A stretch of DNA of 64,000 bases from Rebecca billardiae RCC1528 (GCA_965240325.2 OZ260671.1:31031-95030), one strand, 5' to 3'; counted from the first letter of the stretch, positions 1-12,304 are shown. Translations and numbers: made by a program. Notes: generated by a model from the sequence alone, not told the origin.

Positions 1-1940
1 ACGAATTTTCATATTTATCATCCGATAAAGAAGAAAACTTAGTTTTAGCCGCCGGCGATACTAGAGTTAACAAAGCTGGTTTTATTGAAAGTGAAGACCT
101 TCCGGTACGTTATCAACGTGAGTTTTTAACGGTATCTCCTACTAAAGTTGACTATTTAGCTGTTTCTCCGATTCAGATATTCTCGATTGCATCTTCTCTA
201 ATCCCCTTCTTAGAACATGATGATGCAAACCGAGCGCTTATGGGTTCGAATATGCAACGCCAAGCTGTTCCTTTACTTTACCCTGAAAGACCTTTAGTTG
301 GTACTGGATTAGAATCTCATATTACGCGTGATTCTAGTATGGTTGTTGTTAATGAACAGCCAGGTATTGTAAAGTATGTCGCCTCGGATAAGATCGTTGT
401 TCGTTCTAAAACCGTTGAAACCATATACAGCTTAGAAAAATATAAAAAATCTAACCAAGAAACTTGTATTACACAGAAGCCTATTGTTTGGACTGGGGAA
501 CGAGTTGAACGCGGCCAAATTATTAGTGAAGGTACTGCTTCTTGTGGAGGAGAGCTGGCACTTGGAAAGAATATTCTCCTTGCTTATATGCCATGGGAAG
601 GTTATAACTATGAAGATGCGTTCATGGTTAGCGAACGCCTTGTTTTAGATGATATATATACCTCTTTACATATTGAGAAATTTGAAGTAGAAGTCCGACA
701 GACAAAAGCTGGCGTTGAAGAATTAACTAAAAACATTGCTGGTATGTCCGAGCGTAATACAAAAGTTCTTGATGAAAATGGTATTGTCCGTTTAGGTTCT
801 TTTGTTGACTCTGGTGATATTCTAGTCGGTAAATTAACACCTAAAGAAGAAGAAGACCAATCACCTGAAGGTAAACTACTTCGTGCTATTTTTGGTGAAC
901 GTGAAAGAAATGTACGTGATACCTCTTTAAAGGTTCCTAATGGTGTAAAAGGAAGAATACTAGATATTCGTATTTTATCGCGTGAAAATGGTGATGACTT
1001 ACCGCCAGGAATAAATCAAGTTATCCGTATTTTCTTAGTAAAAATAAGAAAAATTCGCGTTGGTGATAAAATGGCCGGACGCCACGGTAATAAAGGTATT
1101 ATTTCATGTATTTTACCTGCTGTAGACATGCCATTTTTACCAGATGGTACTCCTATTGATGTCGTCTTAAATCCGTTAGGTATTCCTTCACGTATGAATG
1201 TAGGCCAACTTTTTGAATGTCTATTAGGTCTAGCTGCCGAGCACCTTAATAAGTTCTACCGCATTATGCCTTTTGATGAAATGCATTCACCAGAGGCTTC
1301 ACGAATTTTAGTTAACAAAAAATTACAAGAAGCGGCCCTAGTTAGTGGCCAACAGTGGATCTTCAATTCTAAACATCCTGGAAAACATAGACTGATAGAT
1401 GGTCGTACTGGTACCTATTTTGATAACCCAATCACTGTAGGTCGTAGTTATATGTTAAAGTTAATCCATTTAGTTGACGATAAGCTACATGCACGTTCTA
1501 CAGGTCCTTATTCACTAGTAACACAGCAACCGTTAGGTGGAAAAGCTCAGCATGGTGGTCAAAGGCTAGGTGAGATGGAAGTTTGGGCGTTAGAAGCTTT
1601 TGGAGCTGCTTACACCCTTCAAGAACTTTTAACTGTTAAGTCAGACGATATGGATGGTCGTAATGAAATGTTAAATGCTATTGTGAAAGGTCGTGATATA
1701 CCAAAACCAGGTATTCCTGAATCATTTAAAGTTTTATTACGCGAGCTTCAATCACTAAGTCTAGATATTTCCGCTTATAAGGTTGTTTCTGACGGCAACC
1801 AAAATTTCGAAGCTACAGAAGTCGATTTAATCTCTCCAATAAGACACGAATCTAATGCTTCGAGCCCTTACTTTAATAGTAAGTTGAATACATTCTCGAT
1901 GCCTTCCGACTCTTTTCCAGAAAAAGTCAATGAGTCTTAA
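1..1940 (+). CDS. rpoB: RNA polymerase beta subunit, 5'-partial (frame open from window start)
   Basis: [32 protein letters not shown] and [14 protein letters not shown] motifs. Confidence 0.99.
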   Translation, partial: EFSYLSSDKEENLVLAAGDTRVNKAGFIESEDLPVRYQREFLTVSPTKVDYLAVSPIQIFSIASSLIPFLEHDDANRALMGSNMQRQAVPLLYPERPLVGTGLESHITRDSSMVVVNEQPGIVKYVASDKIVVRSKTVETIYSLEKYKKSNQETCITQKPIVWTGERVERGQIISEGTASCGGELALGKNILLAYMPWEGYNYEDAFMVSERLVLDDIYTSLHIEKFEVEVRQTKAGVEELTKNIAGMSERNTKVLDENGIVRLGSFVDSGDILVGKLTPKEEEDQSPEGKLLRAIFGERERNVRDTSLKVPNGVKGRILDIRILSRENGDDLPPGINQVIRIFLVKIRKIRVGDKMAGRHGNKGIISCILPAVDMPFLPDGTPIDVVLNPLGIPSRMNVGQLFECLLGLAAEHLNKFYRIMPFDEMHSPEASRILVNKKLQEAALVSGQQWIFNSKHPGKHRLIDGRTGTYFDNPITVGRSYMLKLIHLVDDKLHARSTGPYSLVTQQPLGGKAQHGGQRLGEMEVWALEAFGAAYTLQELLTVKSDDMDGRNEMLNAIVKGRDIPKPGIPESFKVLLRELQSLSLDISAYKVVSDGNQNFEATEVDLISPIRHESNASSPYFNSKLNTFSMPSDSFPEKVNES

Positions 1941-1974
1941 ATGTACTATTTAAATATAATTTCATCTTTTTGAA

Positions 1975-3840
1975 ATGGTTAAATCAGAACAGTATTTTGA
2001 TTATATAAAGATAAAAATAGCTTCGCCTGAACGTATTAGAAGCTGGGGCCAACGTAAGTTACCTAACGGGTCAGTTGTTGGAGAGGTTACAAAACCAGAA
2101 ACAATAAACTATCGAACCCTTAAGCCTGAAATGGGTGGTTTGTTTTGTGAGCGCGTTTTTGGCCCTATTAAAGATTGGGAATGTCACTGTGGTAAGTACC
2201 GTCGTGTTCGAGATAAAGGTACAATATGTGAACGTTGTGGTGTCGAAGTGACCGAATCTCGTGTCCGCAGACAACGTATGGGTTATATTAATCTTTCAGC
2301 ACCGGTTACGCACATATGGTACTTAAAAGGTACACCTAGTATTATCTCCCACCTTTTAGGGATGCCACTAAAAAAGGTAGAGGAAATTGTTTACTTTGTC
2401 TCGTATGTGATCATTGAACCTGACAATTTTCCAGGCTTATCTTATAAACAACTCTTAAATGAGAATGAGTGGATTGCATTAGAAGATAAACTTTTTCAGC
2501 AAGAGCAACGTTTTAATGTCTTCTGTCAAATAGGTGCTGAGGCGATACTTTTACTACTGAAAGATCTTGACCCTAAAGATATGATAGCTCGTTTAAGAAC
2601 GAATATATTACTAGTAAATGATAAAGGTAAACGAGAAAAATGGATCAAACGTTTGAGAATTCTCGAAAACTTTGTCCATACAAATTCAGACCCCTCATGG
2701 GTTGTTTTAGATGTTCTTCCAGTTATACCCCCTGACTTAAGACCTATGGTGCAACTGGACAGTGGTAGATTCGCTACCTCGGATTTAAATGATCTTTACC
2801 GACGAATTATTAATCGTAATAATCGTCTCGAGCGCTTAAAAGAAATTCTGGCACCGGAAATTATAACCCGTAATGAAAAACGCATGCTGCAAGAGGCAGT
2901 TGATGCATTAATAGATAACGGAAAACGTGGGCGTACGGTTCTAGGTGTTAATAACAGGCCTTTAAAGTCCTTATCTGACATTATCGGTGGAAAGCAAGGC
3001 CGATTTAGACAAAACTTACTTGGTAAGCGAGTTGACTATTCAGGGCGTTCTGTTATTGTTGTTGAGCCTCAACTTTCACTGAACCAATGTGGGCTACCTA
3101 AAGAAATGGCACTAGAATTATTTCAGCCTTTTGTAATTCACCGTTTAATTCATGAAGGCCTTGTTAATAACATTAAGGCTGCGAAAAAGATGATTAAAAA
3201 CAAGAATTCTATTGTTTGGAGTGTTCTTGATGAAGTTATCGAAAACCACCCGATACTACTTAACCGCGCACCTACATTACATAGGTTAGGTATTCAAGCT
3301 TTTGAACCCGTTTTAGTCGAAGGCCGAGCAATTAAGCTTCATCCAATGGTCTGCCCGGCGTTTAATGCAGATTTTGATGGTGACCAAATGGCGGTCCATA
3401 TTCCTTTAACATTGGAGGCCCAAGCGGAAGCACGCTTTTTAATGCTCGCTCCAAGAAATTTCCTGTCGCCAGCGACAGGGGACCCCATTGTTTTACCTAC
3501 CCAAGATATGGTATTAGGGTGCTATTATTTAACATTGATGAGCCCAAATACACCTCTTAATAAAGATAAATACTTTTCTTCCCTTGAAGATGCTAAAGTT
3601 GCTTTTGAACACGGTTTAATTGAATTACAAACACCCATTTGGGTACGTTATGAAGGTTTCGTAAATGATGAAGATACAAAAGCTTTGAAAACGTTTAAAT
3701 ATAAAGACGGTAGTTTCACTAAAGTTTTTCAAAATAAATATTTAAAACAAGACGTTGAAGGTAATCTCATCAGCCAATACATGCGAACTACTGTAGGTAG
3801 GGTTCTTTTTAACCAAGTTTTAGATGGAGTAGTACAGTAA
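1975..3840 (+). CDS. rpoC1: RNA polymerase beta' N-terminal part (gamma)
   Basis: Zn-finger CHCGKY...CERCG and catalytic [12 protein letters not shown]. Confidence 0.99.
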   Translation: MVKSEQYFDYIKIKIASPERIRSWGQRKLPNGSVVGEVTKPETINYRTLKPEMGGLFCERVFGPIKDWECHCGKYRRVRDKGTICERCGVEVTESRVRRQRMGYINLSAPVTHIWYLKGTPSIISHLLGMPLKKVEEIVYFVSYVIIEPDNFPGLSYKQLLNENEWIALEDKLFQQEQRFNVFCQIGAEAILLLLKDLDPKDMIARLRTNILLVNDKGKREKWIKRLRILENFVHTNSDPSWVVLDVLPVIPPDLRPMVQLDSGRFATSDLNDLYRRIINRNNRLERLKEILAPEIITRNEKRMLQEAVDALIDNGKRGRTVLGVNNRPLKSLSDIIGGKQGRFRQNLLGKRVDYSGRSVIVVEPQLSLNQCGLPKEMALELFQPFVIHRLIHEGLVNNIKAAKKMIKNKNSIVWSVLDEVIENHPILLNRAPTLHRLGIQAFEPVLVEGRAIKLHPMVCPAFNADFDGDQMAVHIPLTLEAQAEARFLMLAPRNFLSPATGDPIVLPTQDMVLGCYYLTLMSPNTPLNKDKYFSSLEDAKVAFEHGLIELQTPIWVRYEGFVNDEDTKALKTFKYKDGSFTKVFQNKYLKQDVEGNLISQYMRTTVGRVLFNQVLDGVVQ

Positions 3841-3868
3841 AAATATTGTCATAAGTTTAATTCAAAAT

Positions 3869-6800
3869 ATGGGAAATTCTTGTGTATCGCGAGACACTTT
3901 ATTTACAAACAAAGTCGTCGATAAGCGTCAACTTAAAGGTTTAATGTCTGACTTATTTAATAAGTATGGCCCTTCGAAGTGTACTTACGTTTCTGATAAT
4001 TTAAAATTTTTGGGTTTCCATTTTGCAACCCAAGCTGGTCTTTCATTAAACGTTGAAGATTTACGTGTGCCTGATACTAAACGCCAAAATTTAGCTTTTG
4101 GTGAAAATTTTATCAGTGACGTTGAGGAATCTTTTGTTCGTGCTGATATTACTAGCGTAGACCGTTTCCAATATATCATCGATAAATGGAGTTCGATTAG
4201 TGATAAGGTAAAAGAAGAAGTAGTTAATTATTTCGTAAAGACGGACCCTTTTAACCCAATTTATATGATGGCGTTCTCCGGAGCACGAGGAAATTTATCA
4301 CAAGTTCGTCAGCTTATTGGGATGAGAGGGCTAATGGCCGACCCACAAGGCCAGCTTATAGGATTACCCATTAAAAGTAATTTCCGTGAAGGTCTAACAG
4401 TTACCGAATATATCATTTCTTCTTATGGTGCAAGAAAAGGTATTGTAGACACAGCTTTACGTACAGCTGACTCAGGTTATTTAACTCGACGTCTTGTTGA
4501 TGTTTCTCAAGATATTATCGTTCGTGCGTTTGATTGTGGTACTAGTCGGGGAATAAAAGCAGCAACAAACTCCAATATCACACTGCAAGGTCGTACTTTA
4601 CTAAAAGACTTATTTGATAACGAGGGAAATATAATCCTTAGTAAAGATAAGCAAATTAGCCGAAAAACAATAGAGTCTATAAAGACTAACAATATTAAAT
4701 ATATTGAGATTAGGTCATCTATTACCTGCAATTTAAACCATTCCGTATGCCAACTTTGTTATGGATGGAACCTGGCCACTAGAAAATTAATAGATCTTGG
4801 CGAAGCAGTTGGTATTTTAGCTGCTCAGTCGATTGGTGAACCTGGTACACAATTAACTATGCGTACATTCCATACAGGTGGTACCTTTATGGGGACTCTT
4901 TCAGACGCCGTGTACTCTTTTACCGCCGGAAAGGTAAGTGTAGTTGGAGATAAGAAAAAATTTATACCTGAAAAATTTTCTGAAAGCGATTGGGCTATTA
5001 AAGTAAAGCAAGATTCGTCTTTACAGTTAAAAACTACTACAGACCGATTAATCTCATTAAAAGTACCTGCAAATTCTACTTTACCTTTTGCGACTAATGG
5101 TTTAGAGGTGAAAAGAAATGAGGTTATTCTTAAGCCACCCATCATTGAATCTACTGGTTCTGAACAAGTGACAAAAAGAATATCTTCTGATAAAGAAGGT
5201 TTAGTTTTTTTAGACGGTTTAAGCCTCAAAGAAATAGAAGATAAAAACCAAAACAAGACTTTAATCGCCCAAAACCAAGGTTTTATATGGATTTGTTCTA
5301 GTAATGTGTTAAGTATTCCAACAAATGCGGAGGTTGAAGTTAAACCAGGGACTATTGTAAGAGAAAACAAATGCTTTGTTAAAGTAAATTTTTCAAATTC
5401 TTACGGGGGGTTTTGTTTAGATAGTGCTGATGATAGAGCATTTAATATTTTACTAACTTCATACTTCTTAGACGATAGCTTCGTTACCCGAACAGAAGAT
5501 AATAAATATATTCTTACTACTAAAGCAAACGAAAACTATTCCTTAGCTTTTACAAAGGTTTCTTATAGTGAAAATCTACAAATTATCGGCGAATCTAAGC
5601 CAAAACTTTCGTTTACGTACCAAAGTGGTCGAATTAAAATCGATTATTTACAAAACGAAAATGCTAGTAAATCAAAGATAGGTAGTCAGCCACCTGGTTC
5701 ATATATTCACTTAATTCCGGAATACTATTTCACAGTAGTCGCCACTTCAAAGCAGATTTTTGTTAAAGCTGGTGATTTTGTTGAAAAAGGTTTCGAACTT
5801 TTTACCGGAACTTTTTCCGAGCAACAAGGTATCGTTGACATACTTGAAGTCGACGAAGATACTTTTGATATTATCTTACGACCAGGGATACTGGTTGATT
5901 CAAATTCAACATTTAAGAATACTTTTTCAAAAAATAATAAAAAAATCATTTCTTACCCTCAGGGCCTAGAAATTGGAGAAGGTTTTTCAGAACCGGAATT
6001 TATATATGTAGAACAGTTAGTCTTCGAAGAAGGTAAACAGTCTTACCTAATTTCGCCCGTAGAAACGTCTTTTATACCGCCTGAAAAAGAACTGAGTTTT
6101 GCAAATAATTACCAGAGTAGCGATTTCCAAAAACCATTCCGTATTTTCGAAAAAACCGAAATTCTGGTTAATGAAGGCGATACAGTTAGGAATATTGATG
6201 AAAGTATACTTGTCTTAAAGCACCTCGTAATTGAATTTAATTTAATCCAAGGTAGGTTTAACGCAAATATAAAATTAGAAAAATTAGCAAATAAAAATAC
6301 GTTTGGATTAAAGGTAGATATTTTTGAAAAATTGAATACGTCTTTTGGTAAATTCAGCGCTGAATATATTCAGAATCAAAAACTCATCCATGAAAAACAG
6401 TATATTTATGGTTTAAGTAAAGCATACCAAAGCCAAATTCTTTCACAAGAGAAAAGTATTGTTACAGCATTAGAACGCATTTCATCAAATAAAAAACTAT
6501 TATGTTTAGCAAAAAAATCAGACTTCCAAATTTTCCAAAAAAACACGGACCAATTATTTAGCTCCAGAGAAAAATTAGCAAAAGATACCTATCTTTTTAT
6601 TCGACGTGGTGATAAGTTCAATAATAATAAAGTTGCACAAGCAGCAGGTCGATTAACGATTAAAGAATTCAAAGAAAACGGTGCTAGTTTTACGGTTCTG
6701 CAACGTGCTAAACCTTACTTAATTGCCAAAAATTCAATCCTAAAAGCAAAACAAGACTACCTTATTCATAAAAATGACTTGATAGCTTTCCTTACTTATG

Positions 6801-7687
6801 AAGTGGCGAAGACAGAAGATATCATACAAGGTTTACCTAAAGTTGAAGAGCTTCTTGAAGCTCGACCACCTAAAAATAAATCTATTATTTCAACAATTCC
6901 TGGTTACGTGTCAGTAGTTTCAAAAATTGAAAATGAATATCCTGAAAGTAATGAATTAGTAACAATTAATGTAAAAAATCAAGGTAACCTCGAAGAGAAA
7001 TATACAGTACCGAAACTTAGAAAAATAGTAAAAACTGGCGATTTTGTAAACTTAGGAGATCGTTTAACAGATGGTCAAGTAGACCTTCGTGAACTATTAC
7101 AAGTAATTTTTGATTTTTATAGATCTATTTTAAAGCTAGACAACTATAGCGCCTCATTAAAAAGTTTCAAACAAATCCAGATGATTCTCATAAGCGAGAT
7201 TCAAAATGTTTACAAATCCCAAGGTGTTGATATCTCTGATAAGCATATCGAAATTATAGTTCGACAAATGACTCAAAAAGTCAGGGTAGAAGATAGTGGA
7301 AAAACTACATTAGTTCCAGGAGAACTTGTTGATTTAGAGAAGATTCGTCGTATTAATGTCATTGCGGATTTCCAAGGCTATGAAACAGCAACATATACTC
7401 CAATACTTTTAGGAATAACTAAAGCTTCTTTAAGTACAGATAGTTTTATTTCGGCAGCAAGTTTCCAAGAAACAGCTCGTGTATTAACAAAAGCAGCTGT
7501 TGAAGGTAAAAAAGACTGGTTAAAAGGATTAAAGGAAAATGTAATTGTTGGCCGCCTTATCCCTGCCGGAACTGGTTTTAAGCCAAACCAAATAAAAACT
7601 AACCTTCAAAAAGAAGATGAATCCGTTACTAATGACTTAAATATGGATGCATTAATACTAGACAAACGTATTAAAAATCTAGAATAA
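3869..7687 (+). CDS. rpoC2: RNA polymerase beta'' subunit
   Basis: TADSGYLTRRLVDV, QSIGEPGTQLTMRTFHTGG, SFISAASFQET; long divergent central insertion. Confidence 0.99.
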   Translation: MGNSCVSRDTLFTNKVVDKRQLKGLMSDLFNKYGPSKCTYVSDNLKFLGFHFATQAGLSLNVEDLRVPDTKRQNLAFGENFISDVEESFVRADITSVDRFQYIIDKWSSISDKVKEEVVNYFVKTDPFNPIYMMAFSGARGNLSQVRQLIGMRGLMADPQGQLIGLPIKSNFREGLTVTEYIISSYGARKGIVDTALRTADSGYLTRRLVDVSQDIIVRAFDCGTSRGIKAATNSNITLQGRTLLKDLFDNEGNIILSKDKQISRKTIESIKTNNIKYIEIRSSITCNLNHSVCQLCYGWNLATRKLIDLGEAVGILAAQSIGEPGTQLTMRTFHTGGTFMGTLSDAVYSFTAGKVSVVGDKKKFIPEKFSESDWAIKVKQDSSLQLKTTTDRLISLKVPANSTLPFATNGLEVKRNEVILKPPIIESTGSEQVTKRISSDKEGLVFLDGLSLKEIEDKNQNKTLIAQNQGFIWICSSNVLSIPTNAEVEVKPGTIVRENKCFVKVNFSNSYGGFCLDSADDRAFNILLTSYFLDDSFVTRTEDNKYILTTKANENYSLAFTKVSYSENLQIIGESKPKLSFTYQSGRIKIDYLQNENASKSKIGSQPPGSYIHLIPEYYFTVVATSKQIFVKAGDFVEKGFELFTGTFSEQQGIVDILEVDEDTFDIILRPGILVDSNSTFKNTFSKNNKKIISYPQGLEIGEGFSEPEFIYVEQLVFEEGKQSYLISPVETSFIPPEKELSFANNYQSSDFQKPFRIFEKTEILVNEGDTVRNIDESILVLKHLVIEFNLIQGRFNANIKLEKLANKNTFGLKVDIFEKLNTSFGKFSAEYIQNQKLIHEKQYIYGLSKAYQSQILSQEKSIVTALERISSNKKLLCLAKKSDFQIFQKNTDQLFSSREKLAKDTYLFIRRGDKFNNNKVAQAAGRLTIKEFKENGASFTVLQRAKPYLIAKNSILKAKQDYLIHKNDLIAFLTYEVAKTEDIIQGLPKVEELLEARPPKNKSIISTIPGYVSVVSKIENEYPESNELVTINVKNQGNLEEKYTVPKLRKIVKTGDFVNLGDRLTDGQVDLRELLQVIFDFYRSILKLDNYSASLKSFKQIQMILISEIQNVYKSQGVDISDKHIEIIVRQMTQKVRVEDSGKTTLVPGELVDLEKIRRINVIADFQGYETATYTPILLGITKASLSTDSFISAASFQETARVLTKAAVEGKKDWLKGLKENVIVGRLIPAGTGFKPNQIKTNLQKEDESVTNDLNMDALILDKRIKNLE

Positions 7688-7747
7688 TTAATAATGATGT
7701 CACACTATTGAATTTCAACAACTAAAGTAAAATTAAATTAAAACCGG

Positions 7748-8458
7748 ATGGAAAATTTAACATTAACCGAACTTTTAGAAGCGGGTGTACACTTCGGTCA
7801 CCAATCGCAAAGATGGAACCCGAAAGCGTTTCCTTATATATTTTCAGAGCGAAACGGTATACACATTATCGATTTAGTTCAAACCACTCAGCTATTAAAA
7901 TATGCTTATAAATATTTATATAACGAAGCAAAGAACGGCGGTGAATTCCTTTTTGTCGGAACTAAAACGCAAGCTTCAAAAATAGTTGCACAAGAGGCAG
8001 AAAAATGCTCTTCTCATTACGTGAACCAAAGATGGTTAGGTGGTTTATTAACAAACTGGGAAACTCTTCAAAAGCGTGTTAACCGTTTAAAATACCTAGA
8101 AAAAATGCAAGAAGAGGGTGGCTTTAACGGCTTACCAAAAAAAGAAGTTGCGGTTCTAAAAAAAGAATTAGATCTTTTAAAGAAGAATCTAGAGGGTATT
8201 AAAAATATGGGAGGTTTACCATCCGCCGTAATTGTAGTAGATCAAAAACGTGAGAAAGGTGCAGTACTTGAAGCAAGAAAATTAGGAATACCTGTGGTTT
8301 CTCTATTAGATACAAATTGTGACCCAGACCTTATAGATATTTTAGTTCCTGCAAATGACGATGCGGTAAGCTCAATTGAGTTAATATTAAGTAAGCTTTC
8401 TGATGCTATTAAAGAAGGTAAAGCTGCATCTAGCGAAGCAGTATTTACGGGCGATTAA
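7748..8458 (+). CDS. rps2: 30S ribosomal protein S2
   Basis: [32 protein letters not shown]; follows rpoC2. Confidence 0.99.
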   Translation: MENLTLTELLEAGVHFGHQSQRWNPKAFPYIFSERNGIHIIDLVQTTQLLKYAYKYLYNEAKNGGEFLFVGTKTQASKIVAQEAEKCSSHYVNQRWLGGLLTNWETLQKRVNRLKYLEKMQEEGGFNGLPKKEVAVLKKELDLLKKNLEGIKNMGGLPSAVIVVDQKREKGAVLEARKLGIPVVSLLDTNCDPDLIDILVPANDDAVSSIELILSKLSDAIKEGKAASSEAVFTGD

Positions 8459-8530
8459 AAATAAAATTTGACCAAAACAATTTTTTGATTATACTTGTAT
8501 CTATATGGATATAATATTCAATATAATCAC

Positions 8531-8603
8531 GCGTCCTTAGTTCAGTTGGTAGAACGTTGGTCTCCAAAACCAAATGTCGAGGGTTCAAGTCCTTCAGGGC
8601 GTG
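8531..8603 (+). tRNA. trnW: tRNA-Trp(CCA)
   Basis: Cloverleaf; anticodon arm TTGGT-CTCCAAA-ACCAA; GGTTCAAGTCC T-arm. Confidence 0.97.
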
Positions 8604-8768
8604 TAAATTTGGTAAAAATAAAATTGATGATATTTTTTTTATTATTGAGTATATAATAATGGTGTATAAACTACGAAGGTATATTGGTTTGTTTATCAAT
8701 GCCAGATAAAAACCGTAGTTGGGAAAATAAATTACTTTTATATAAGATAAAAATCTTGGAGAAAAAAC

Positions 8769-9824
8769 ATGACTATTTCAATCGGTAAAGAATCAGAACG
8801 TAGCACGTTCGATCTTATTGATGACTGGCTAAAGCGCGATCGATTCGTATTCGTTGGTTGGTCTGGTCTACTACTATTCCCTTGTAGTTATCTAGCTCTT
8901 GGAGGATGGTTAACAGGGACAACATTTGTAACATCATGGTACACTCACGGATTAGCAAGTTCATACCTAGAAGGTTGTAACTTCCTAACAACTGCTGTTT
9001 CTACTCCAGCAAACAGTATGGGTCACTCACTACTATTCCTTTGGGGACCTGAGGCACAAGGTGATTTTACTAGATGGTGTCAAATCGGAGGCCTTTGGGC
9101 TTTCATCGCTCTACACGGAGCTTTTGGACTAATTGGATTCTGTCTACGTCAATTCGAAATTGCTCGTCTTGTAGGTATTCGCCCGTACAACGCGATTGCC
9201 TTCTCTGGACCAATCTCGATTTTCGTTTCAGTATTCTTACTTTACCCATTAGGACAAGCTAGTTGGTTCTTCGCACCTAGTTTTGGTGTAGCTGCGATTT
9301 TCCGTTTCCTACTATTCCTACAAGGTTTCCACAACTGGACTCTTAACCCATTCCACATGATGGGTGTTGCAGGTATCTTAGGTGGAGCACTTCTTTGTGC
9401 GATTCACGGTGCAACTGTAGAGAACACTCTATTCGAAGATGGTGATGCTGCAAACACTTTCCGTGCATTCAGCCCTACACAATCGGAAGAGACTTACTCA
9501 ATGGTTACAGCTAACCGTTTCTGGTCACAAATTTTTGGTGTAGCTTTCTCAAACAAGCGTTGGCTTCACTTCTTCATGCTATTCGTACCAGTAGCTGGTC
9601 TATGGGCTAGTTCTCTTGGTATTGTAGGTTTAGCACTAAACCTACGTGCTTACGACTTCGTATCTCAAGAGCTAAGAGCTGCAGAAGATCCAGAATTCGA
9701 AACATTCTACACTAAGAACAACCTTCTAAACGAAGGTATCCGCGCATGGATGGCTGCACAAGATCAGCCGCACGAAAACTTTGTATTCCCTGAGGAGGTA
9801 TTACCACGTGGAAACGCCCTTTAA
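8769..9824 (+). CDS. psbD: Photosystem II D2 protein
   Basis: [16 protein letters not shown] ... [10 protein letters not shown]. Confidence 0.99.
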   Translation: MTISIGKESERSTFDLIDDWLKRDRFVFVGWSGLLLFPCSYLALGGWLTGTTFVTSWYTHGLASSYLEGCNFLTTAVSTPANSMGHSLLFLWGPEAQGDFTRWCQIGGLWAFIALHGAFGLIGFCLRQFEIARLVGIRPYNAIAFSGPISIFVSVFLLYPLGQASWFFAPSFGVAAIFRFLLFLQGFHNWTLNPFHMMGVAGILGGALLCAIHGATVENTLFEDGDAANTFRAFSPTQSEETYSMVTANRFWSQIFGVAFSNKRWLHFFMLFVPVAGLWASSLGIVGLALNLRAYDFVSQELRAAEDPEFETFYTKNNLLNEGIRAWMAAQDQPHENFVFPEEVLPRGNAL

Positions 9825-11190
9825 TGCACCAGTAGTAGCAGGCCGTGATATTGAATCTACAGGTTTTGCTTGGTGGGCAGGAAACGCTCGCCTAATTAAC
9901 GTATCAGGAAAGCTTTTAGGAGCTCACGTAGCACACGCAGGATTAATGGTATTCTGGGCTGGAGCTATGTGTCTTTTTGAGGTTGCTCACTTCTTACCAG
10001 AGAAGCCTTTATATGAGCAAGGTCTTATTTGTCTACCTCACCTAGCTGCTCTAGGTTGGGGTGTAGGACCAGGTGGTGAAATTATTGATACATACCCGTA
10101 CTTCGTAGTGGGTGTAGTTCACTTAATTTCATCAGCAGTTTTAGGATTTGGTGGTGTTTACCACTCACTAATCGGGCCAGATACTCTAGAAGAGTCATTC
10201 CCATTCTTTGGTTATGACTGGCGTGATAAGAACAAGATGACTACAATTCTAGGAATTCACCTTATCTTCCTAGGGCTTGGTTCTCTTCTACTTGTATCTA
10301 AAGCTATGTTCTTTGGAGGACTTTACGACACTTGGGCTCCAGGTGGTGGTGACGTACGTCTAGTAGCGAACCCAACACTTAACCCAGGAGCAATCTTTAA
10401 CTACGTTCTTAAGTCGCCTTTCGGTGGTGATGGATGGATTGTAAGTGTAAACAACTTAGAAGATCTAGTTGGTGGACACGTTTGGATTGGTCTAATGTGT
10501 GTTGTTGGTGGAGTTTTCCACATTGTAACTAAGCCTTTTGCATGGGCACGTCGTGGATTTGTTTGGTCAGGTGAAGCTTACCTATCTTACAGCCAAGGTG
10601 CTCTATCTCTTATGGGTCTAGTTGCAAGTGTATTCGTTTGGTACAACAACACTGCTTACCCTAGTGAGTTCTTCGGTCCTACAGGTCCTGAAGCTTCACA
10701 GAGTCAAGCATTCACATTCCTAGTACGTGACCAAAGACTAGGTGCTAACGTAGCATCTGCTCAAGGTCCTACAGGACTAGGTAAATACCTAATGCGTTCA
10801 CCTTCAGGTGAGATCATTCTAGGTGGTGAAACAATGCGTTTCTGGGATCTACGTGCTCCATGGCTAGAGCCTCTACGTGGACCTAACGGTTTAGATCTAA
10901 ACAAGATTCGTAACGACATTCAACCATGGCAAGAAAGACGTGCTGCAGAGTACATGACTCACGCACCTCTAGGGGCTCTTAACTCAGTAGGTGGTGTAGC
11001 AACTGAAATTAACTCAGTAAACTACGTAAACCCTCGTTCTTGGTTAACAGCTTCTCACTTCTTCCTAGGTTTCTTCTTCTGGGTAGCTCACCTATGGCAC
11101 GCAGGACGTGCTCGTGCAGCTGCTGCTGGATTCGAGAAAGGAATTGATCGTGAAAACGAACCGGCTCTATCTCTAAAACCTCTAGACTAA
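9808..11190 (+). CDS. psbC: Photosystem II CP43; GTG start overlapping the psbD 3' end by 17 nt
   Basis: GTG-GAA-ACG start preceded by GGAGG; [21 protein letters not shown]. Confidence 0.98.
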   Translation: METPFNAPVVAGRDIESTGFAWWAGNARLINVSGKLLGAHVAHAGLMVFWAGAMCLFEVAHFLPEKPLYEQGLICLPHLAALGWGVGPGGEIIDTYPYFVVGVVHLISSAVLGFGGVYHSLIGPDTLEESFPFFGYDWRDKNKMTTILGIHLIFLGLGSLLLVSKAMFFGGLYDTWAPGGGDVRLVANPTLNPGAIFNYVLKSPFGGDGWIVSVNNLEDLVGGHVWIGLMCVVGGVFHIVTKPFAWARRGFVWSGEAYLSYSQGALSLMGLVASVFVWYNNTAYPSEFFGPTGPEASQSQAFTFLVRDQRLGANVASAQGPTGLGKYLMRSPSGEIILGGETMRFWDLRAPWLEPLRGPNGLDLNKIRNDIQPWQERRAAEYMTHAPLGALNSVGGVATEINSVNYVNPRSWLTASHFFLGFFFWVAHLWHAGRARAAAAGFEKGIDRENEPALSLKPLD

Positions 11191-11218
11191 TTATCTAGAT
11201 AAAAGGTTTTAATTCAAG

Positions 11219-11260
11219 AAAAGCAATAGCTTACTTAATGTAAGCTATTGCTTTTTTTTT
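11219..11260. terminator. Bidirectional hairpin between convergent psbC and cbbX
   Basis: AAAAGCAATAGCTTAC-ttaat-GTAAGCTATTGCTTTT followed by a T-run. Confidence 0.85.
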
Positions 11261-11262
11261 TA

Positions 11263-11314
11263 AGCGAATGTAGGGATTTGAACCCTAAATTAGTCCTAAT
11301 AAACTAACATTCGC
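11263..11314 (-). ncRNA. 52-nt tRNA-like element (acceptor stem + one arm + T-arm; no canonical anticodon arm)
   Basis: Minus strand GCGAATG-TTAGT(TTATTAGG)ACTAA-TT-TAGGG(TTCAAAT)CCCTA-CATTCGC-T; all three stems pair perfectly. Confidence 0.6.
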
Positions 11315-11343
11315 CATAAAGGTAATAGTAATTAAACTAAGAA

Positions 11344-12210
11344 TTAATCCTCAAAAACACGACTCTTTAAAATATCCTCAGCTTGGATAGTAACAAGGTC
11401 CGATTTAGTTAGAACATCTTGGTTCGATGAGAAGATACGGTTAGCTTGACGCATACGGCTTCTATCTAATGCGTTACGGATGCTTCGAGCATTTGCAAAA
11501 TGTGGAAGCCCACGTCTACGATCAATATACTTAAATAGTGCATCTTCCGCATCTGGCGTTAACACATATTGCTGTTCATCTAGAATAAGTTTTCCGATTT
11601 GTACAAGCTCTTCTGGCGTGTAATCTGGGAAGTCGACGTGGTTAGCAACACGAGAGGATAGTCCAGGGTTAGATTCATAGAATTTATCCATTTTTTCTTT
11701 ATAACCTGCGAAAATCATAACAAGCTCATCACGCTTATTTTCCATTACCTGTAGGATAATTTCAATGGCTTCTGAACCATAGTCACGCTCGTTATCTGGC
11801 TTGTATAAGTAGTAAGCTTCGTCGATGAATAATACACCACCCATAGCGTTCTTTAGTACTTGCTTAGTTTTTGGTGCAGTGTGTCCGATGTACTGACCTA
11901 CAAGATCATCACGTGTAACAGTTAAAAGTTGAGCCTTCTTAATGTAATTTAAGCGATATAAAATGTCGGCCATCTTTTCTGCAACTGTAGTTTTTCCAGT
12001 ACCAGGACTTCCTGTAAATGACATGTGTAGACCTGGACTAGATGAAGTAAGGCCTAGGTTTTTTCTTAAGCGGTGCACTAATAGAAGCGCGGCGATTTCT
12101 TTAATTCTTTGCTTTACTGGGCGAAGCCCTACTAGATCAGTTTCTAATTGGTCTAGAAGCTCTTGAATTTGAGTGTTTTTATATTCTTCCTGTAAATTTA
12201 ATGAAGACAT
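11344..12210 (-). CDS. cbbX: Red-type Rubisco activase CbbX (AAA+)
   Basis: [49 protein letters not shown]. Confidence 0.98.
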   Translation of the reverse strand: MSSLNLQEEYKNTQIQELLDQLETDLVGLRPVKQRIKEIAALLLVHRLRKNLGLTSSSPGLHMSFTGSPGTGKTTVAEKMADILYRLNYIKKAQLLTVTRDDLVGQYIGHTAPKTKQVLKNAMGGVLFIDEAYYLYKPDNERDYGSEAIEIILQVMENKRDELVMIFAGYKEKMDKFYESNPGLSSRVANHVDFPDYTPEELVQIGKLILDEQQYVLTPDAEDALFKYIDRRRGLPHFANARSIRNALDRSRMRQANRIFSSNQDVLTKSDLVTIQAEDILKSRVFED

Positions 12211-12304
12211 AGTTATATACCAAAAATTTAAATAATTAAATACATTTCTTTATTAATTAGCTATCCTAAATTGTACCTAAATAAAAAGAAGTTTATTAAA
12301 TATG

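Noticed and set aside
11263-11314. tRNA-like element as tmRNA (ssrA) or half of a split tRNA
   Set aside because: No G3:U70 alanine acceptor and no tag reading frame; both acceptor strands are present in cis.
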